NCBI GenBank assembly: GCA_024704765.1
Contig: JAKMXF010000051.1
Coordinates: 1 to 47,225, forward strand
Origin: Oopsacas minuta
Lineage: Eukaryota; Animalia; Porifera
Length of the DNA: 47,225 bases
Direction: 5' to 3'
The notes below the pieces were generated by a model, which was not told the DNA's origin, made no database searches, and saw only the letters and a list, made by a program, of their open reading frames with translations. Shown piece by piece: positions 43,394-47,225 of this stretch. The translations under genes and the position numbers were made by a program. Position 1 is the first letter of the stretch. Each line of letters starts with the position of its first letter.

Positions 43394-45449
43394 TCAGCAA
43401 AGAGTTTCGACACTATTGAACCTGTTCAGAGGTGACAAGTGGTCGTGAGGAGTCGATGTGGTAGGAACAGAATCTACAAGGTGTGTGCTATAAAGAGATG
43501 AAAATTAATTAGAAGAAATAACTCACATTTTCTCTGTGTTGGTCCTGTTGATATCTCAGCTCTTATCAAGCTGTTATTCGTCAAGTGATCGGGTATCTAA
43601 ACAGAGTAGAGATTAATCATATTTTCACACCTCTACAGAGGGCATTACGGATCTTCCAGAACGTGCAGTCACAGTCAACTCCCGTAAGTAATATCGAAGC
43701 TGAAGGGACCACGATAATTATAACAGGAGTTTGATTAATATATCCATGGTTCATGTAATACCTTATCAGGGTTAGTAAAGGTGGGAGTAGATCCAACATC
43801 CCTAACATTCTTCTGCTCCATAGCAACGGATTTCCTCAATCCTGCATAAGGAATGCCATCAGGAAATCCTGTTCTATTTTTAGTATCACTTATACTACGA
43901 GGTTTGATTGGCTCAGGAGTTCTACTGAATAGAAATATTTAAATATTAGATAACACATTTGGTTGCTATGGTAACATACCTTGTTATAGGTGGTAAAGTG
44001 TCAGAGCAAGTCCGTGCCATTTCTTCAATATTGCTATAAATAGAATTGGAATGTGGCAGAGGTGGTTTTGTGGCACATTTCTGAAATGGCAAGTTTTCAT
44101 ACACATCATCTTGTCGAAGTGGCAGGGTGGTTGGTTTAATGTGTCGTTTGTTTGGCTTAGAAGTGGTATGATCTTGCGATACATTGGATTGGTTAGAGGG
44201 TTGTCTGTCAAATTGAGGCCTAATTGTGTCGCGCGACACATTTGACGCCCTTTTAATAGGGGAGCTAGTGAGAGGAACGCTTAGCTCTTTGAAAAGAGTT
44301 ATTTGTGGACTGTTAGAATGTGTCGCATGTGGCTGATACGACACACTAGTGCGGGATAGAGGTGACAACTCTCTTGGGGTAGAGGTCAAGTGGGAGGGTG
44401 CGCCAGAAGGTGTCAAGTGCTCAATTACTCCAATTTTACTCTTCCTCTTATCAACTTTACGACTTGATTGTCTGTTCTTTCTCTTAGGGCGATGACGGAA
44501 TAATCCCACAATCCCGCCTGAAAGTAAACAAATAAACAAACAAATAAACAAACAAACAAACAAACAAGCAGGCAAATAACTCACTTATAATTTTTCCAAA
44601 CACCTTGTCTTTCCGCTGTTCCATACCATCAGCCCTATTTGGTTGCCATTCTAGAGATTCATCTGATTGGTTAATTGAGGAATGTCCAGCAGATGCTAGT
44701 GAGTGTCTCTTAACGCGCGCAGTGGGCGGGATAACCCAGCTGGTAATATCAGGATTAAGATTCATACTCTGTGATAATAGCTTTATGCATTTCTTTTGTG
44801 TATTCTTGTCGTTATGGTAGATACAGTCCTGAGAGGCAGAGAGGGAGACCATGTCTGGGTCTACTGGGGTAGTGGATATGAATAAACGGGTAGATACAGG
44901 CGTTACTAGGGAGCGATGTGAGGTATGTGGCTTGTCTTCATCCGGGGTTATGAATTTCACAGGTTGGAATGTGTCATTCTCTGGAGTTATAAAGGCGTTA
45001 TTGCGTGGTCTATGTGGGGCACCATGAATATAATCTAGAGAATCCTGAGAAGTGTCATCTGCCATATTGTGTCGCGTAAGTGGCACGAAAGATGGCGCAA
45101 TTTCAGTATTCTGGAATGGGAGATTACAATAGACGGGAAATTGTGTCGGGGAGTGTAGCACCTCATAGTGACCGCTTTGACGTGGCACGGTCTCGTTAAG
45201 GGGTGTAGGCGCGGGCTGGTACGGGACATATCCGTAGCTAGACTCTGAAATCCGATTGGAGTCTCGGTTGCTAGGGTGCACCTGATGGAATGTGGAAGGA
45301 AGTGATTTTCTTTTATCAGAATTCTCTTCGATAAAATCGTGACTGAGTTTGTGAGAACTTCTGTATTTGAGTGACGGAAATGCATCTATTGCATTCTTTT
45401 GTCTCTCCATGGTAACCAGGTTGCGAGGTAATTGAGGAGAGTCTGACAT
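43394..45449 (-). CDS. Disordered Ser/Pro/Thr-rich protein with multiple tyrosine motifs (candidate docking/adaptor protein), about 588 aa
   Basis: Exons 45449-44585, 44517-43980, 43924-43762, 43699-43649, 43596-43527, 43473-43394 = 1767 nt in frame, introns 67/55/62/52/53 nt. Exons 1-2 are solid; the last four are chosen for frame and typical intron size. No folded domain recognised. Confidence 0.6.
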
Positions 45450-45555
45450 TCTAATTTTAGAATTTATAAATATTAGTTTACCAAAGGTGTGAAAAGTAAA
45501 TCACAAACAAACAAATATTTTAATTGCTAAAAGTGCGATTAGTTGCTTAACAAGA

Positions 45556-46898
45556 TCAAGTGGTCCTCCGTCCTCTAGGCAGAGGGGGAGCAAGGAACCC
45601 TGTGGTACTGGAGCCAGCTCGAGTGTAGGAGACAGTTTTAACGCCAGAACGTGTCAAATCAGAGGACACATTCTTGGTTGATTTACCGCGCCAATTCTTA
45701 ACGAATTTCTGTTTGGAATTTTTTCCATTTTTGAAATATTTTGATTTTGCTTTTCTAGAATATTCCACAGAATTTCTTATAGAATGTGACTGAGTGGTGT
45801 GTGTCACTAATGTGTCGGCCTGAGCTGCCAGAAACTGTCGCTTCAACTCACAGAACTTTGCTGTCACTTCCAAGAATGCCTCACCCTTGAACTTGTTCCA
45901 CTTAGACTCGGTTACCCCTGTAACAGCTAGGAATGTGGCACGTGTCTCAGGGGTGTTATAACTCATCTCTCTGAGGGTTGCCATATTGAAAATATTCTCA
46001 GGCGATAAGTCACAGTCCTCTGCCACCTGGTGGCGCAGAGTTCTCAGCTGATCCAGACACTCTGCGAAGTTTGGATACCCAGCTGTCTGTCCATTTGCAA
46101 TTTCATCATTCGTAGCATTCTTTTGCTTGCTTTTGGTTGCTATGATGGGTGAGCAACGGAAAAGTATTTTCTTAGTTTCTTTCAAAACCTAAAATTATAC
46201 TTTAAAATTGCTACTCATTCATAGTTCCAGTTGTTGTCACCTTTTCAGCTTCAGGACCTATTTTAACATAATTGAATACCCTGTCATGCAATCCTATATT
46301 CACTTGCTCCACTAACACCTCAGAGATGATCAGGAGGTGTAGAAACCTGTCAATATCTGTCCTACTTAATCCCCCAGATCTCCCGTACATAGGGAGGGTG
46401 TTGTAATTGGATTGGTACATCTTCTGACCCTGACACCCTCTAGAGAACAGCTGTGTTATATTTATTTTACAAACAAGATTAGCTCCTGAAATATAGGTGT
46501 ACACATATGGCGCCGTTAAGGTGCCACTTGTATTCATATATACATTTCGGTTCCATATTCAGTAGATAATTGAATTAGTGATCTCACAAACACAAACCAG
46601 ATTACAAATTCGTAGTTATTAACAGTTACCTGAATATGTCTGCCATCTGTATAAGTGTCAAATTAGAATGTGGCAAGAGTCTAACACTCAGGATTATATT
46701 TTGCGTCTCAGCTGTCATATCCTTCTCCATAATATCACCAGCTGATTTCTCACGACAATTGTCACAAGTCTTGCCGCATTCCTCAGCAGAGAACTCCTCA
46801 CCAAGGTAATTGAGTATTAATACTCTCCTACAGTCTGTCAAGTTCTCACAGAATGCCACCATCATGTGGAGGTTGTCAAAGTGGACACGGGCGACACT
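45556..46898 (-). CDS. BLM: RecQ helicase, Bloom-like: last three exons (Zn-binding RQC, winged helix, HRDC); 5' part outside the window or unresolved
   Basis: Exons 46898-46630, 46439-46241, 46188-45556 in frame. HFDNLHMMVAFCENLTDCRRVLILNYLGE...CDNC (RQC zinc site), and HRDC CLDQLRTLRHQVA...IFNMATLREMS...VTGVTESK. Confidence 0.8.
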
Positions 46899-47225
46899 CT
46901 AAATATAGATTGGCACATAAATGGTGTTAAGTCAGGTGGCTATATCCTCTCATGGACAACTGTCCCCTAAGGAAGAGTTGGAACATTAAACGGATCAATC
47001 CAAGCATACAACAAAAGGTGTGAAAAACAAACAAATTTATTAAATGGATATACTTCCTGAGGTGTTAAGCTCAAATTAAATAAGACACATTTGTAATAAA
47101 AGTGTATGGAATTAGAATTGTCTTTCAATTCTTGTGCCATTCATTAGATATGCCACATTCCTTGTGAGCTATCTGGTATCCTAGCAGAGCTATCTCTGTA
47201 AGAACTATGAGAAGTGTTAGATTAC

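Noticed and set aside
4125-44584. ORF-track segments reading [30 protein letters not shown] (e.g. 4339-4392, 13623-13697, 23644-23665, 29949-30002, 44518-44584) as transmembrane helices
   Set aside because: They are translations of intronic or spacer (GTTT)n tracts and are removed by splicing.
46440-46629. Extra BLM exon inside the 190-nt intron (acceptor at 46486-46487)
   Set aside because: Direct joining of 46630 to 46439 gives the expected DIFRG continuity; no compatible donor or frame supports an extra exon.
5416-46865. The many 60-130-aa antisense or alternate-frame ORFs overlapping the called genes
   Set aside because: Shadow ORFs of real coding exons, with no recognisable motifs. Long ones over SRRM2 and the NHL gene reflect low-complexity codon usage.
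46899-47225. Further BLM coding exon near the window end
   Set aside because: No frame gives BLM-like sequence that joins in phase; treated as a long intron or unresolved.

Overview
Gene-dense eukaryotic (animal) genomic DNA, AT-rich by eye. I found no bacterial, phage or CRISPR features. About 22 protein-coding genes can be built by hand with frame-consistent GT-AG introns, most 48-70 nt long. In order: two tandem inositol-phosphate kinases, a large Pro/Ser-rich (possibly Kizuna-like) protein, AGPAT, LYRM4, creatine kinase, POLR3E, thimet oligopeptidase, NCAPG, a gelsolin-like protein, an ELOVL, a 16-exon SRRM2/CWC21-like gene with an antisense NHL-repeat gene nested in one intron, a hypothetical protein, a TKL kinase, ADCK5, LRMDA, stonin, ELOVL6, PMVK, UBE4A, a Tyr-motif-rich disordered protein and the 3' part of BLM. 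The first ~1.2 kb is tandem repeat. Tiny introns, very short spacers and the gene set suggest an early-branching animal such as a glass sponge; that is inference, not identification. The strongest signals lie outside the gene list: (1) heavy, gene-dependent over-representation of a few short motifs (T-box-like AGGTGT[G/T]A, GTGGCA, GACACA, TAGTTCC), even inside coding exons; (2) an operon-like layout with a splice-acceptor AG just before most start codons, consistent with spliced-leader trans-splicing; (3) a 222-bp gene-conversion-like tract between otherwise diverged IPK paralogs; (4) splicing oddities: a quadruplicated acceptor in NCAPG, a candidate poison micro-exon in the SRRM2-like gene, and many GTT donors. 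All exon coordinates and motif counts were done by eye with no database search, so they need computational confirmation.
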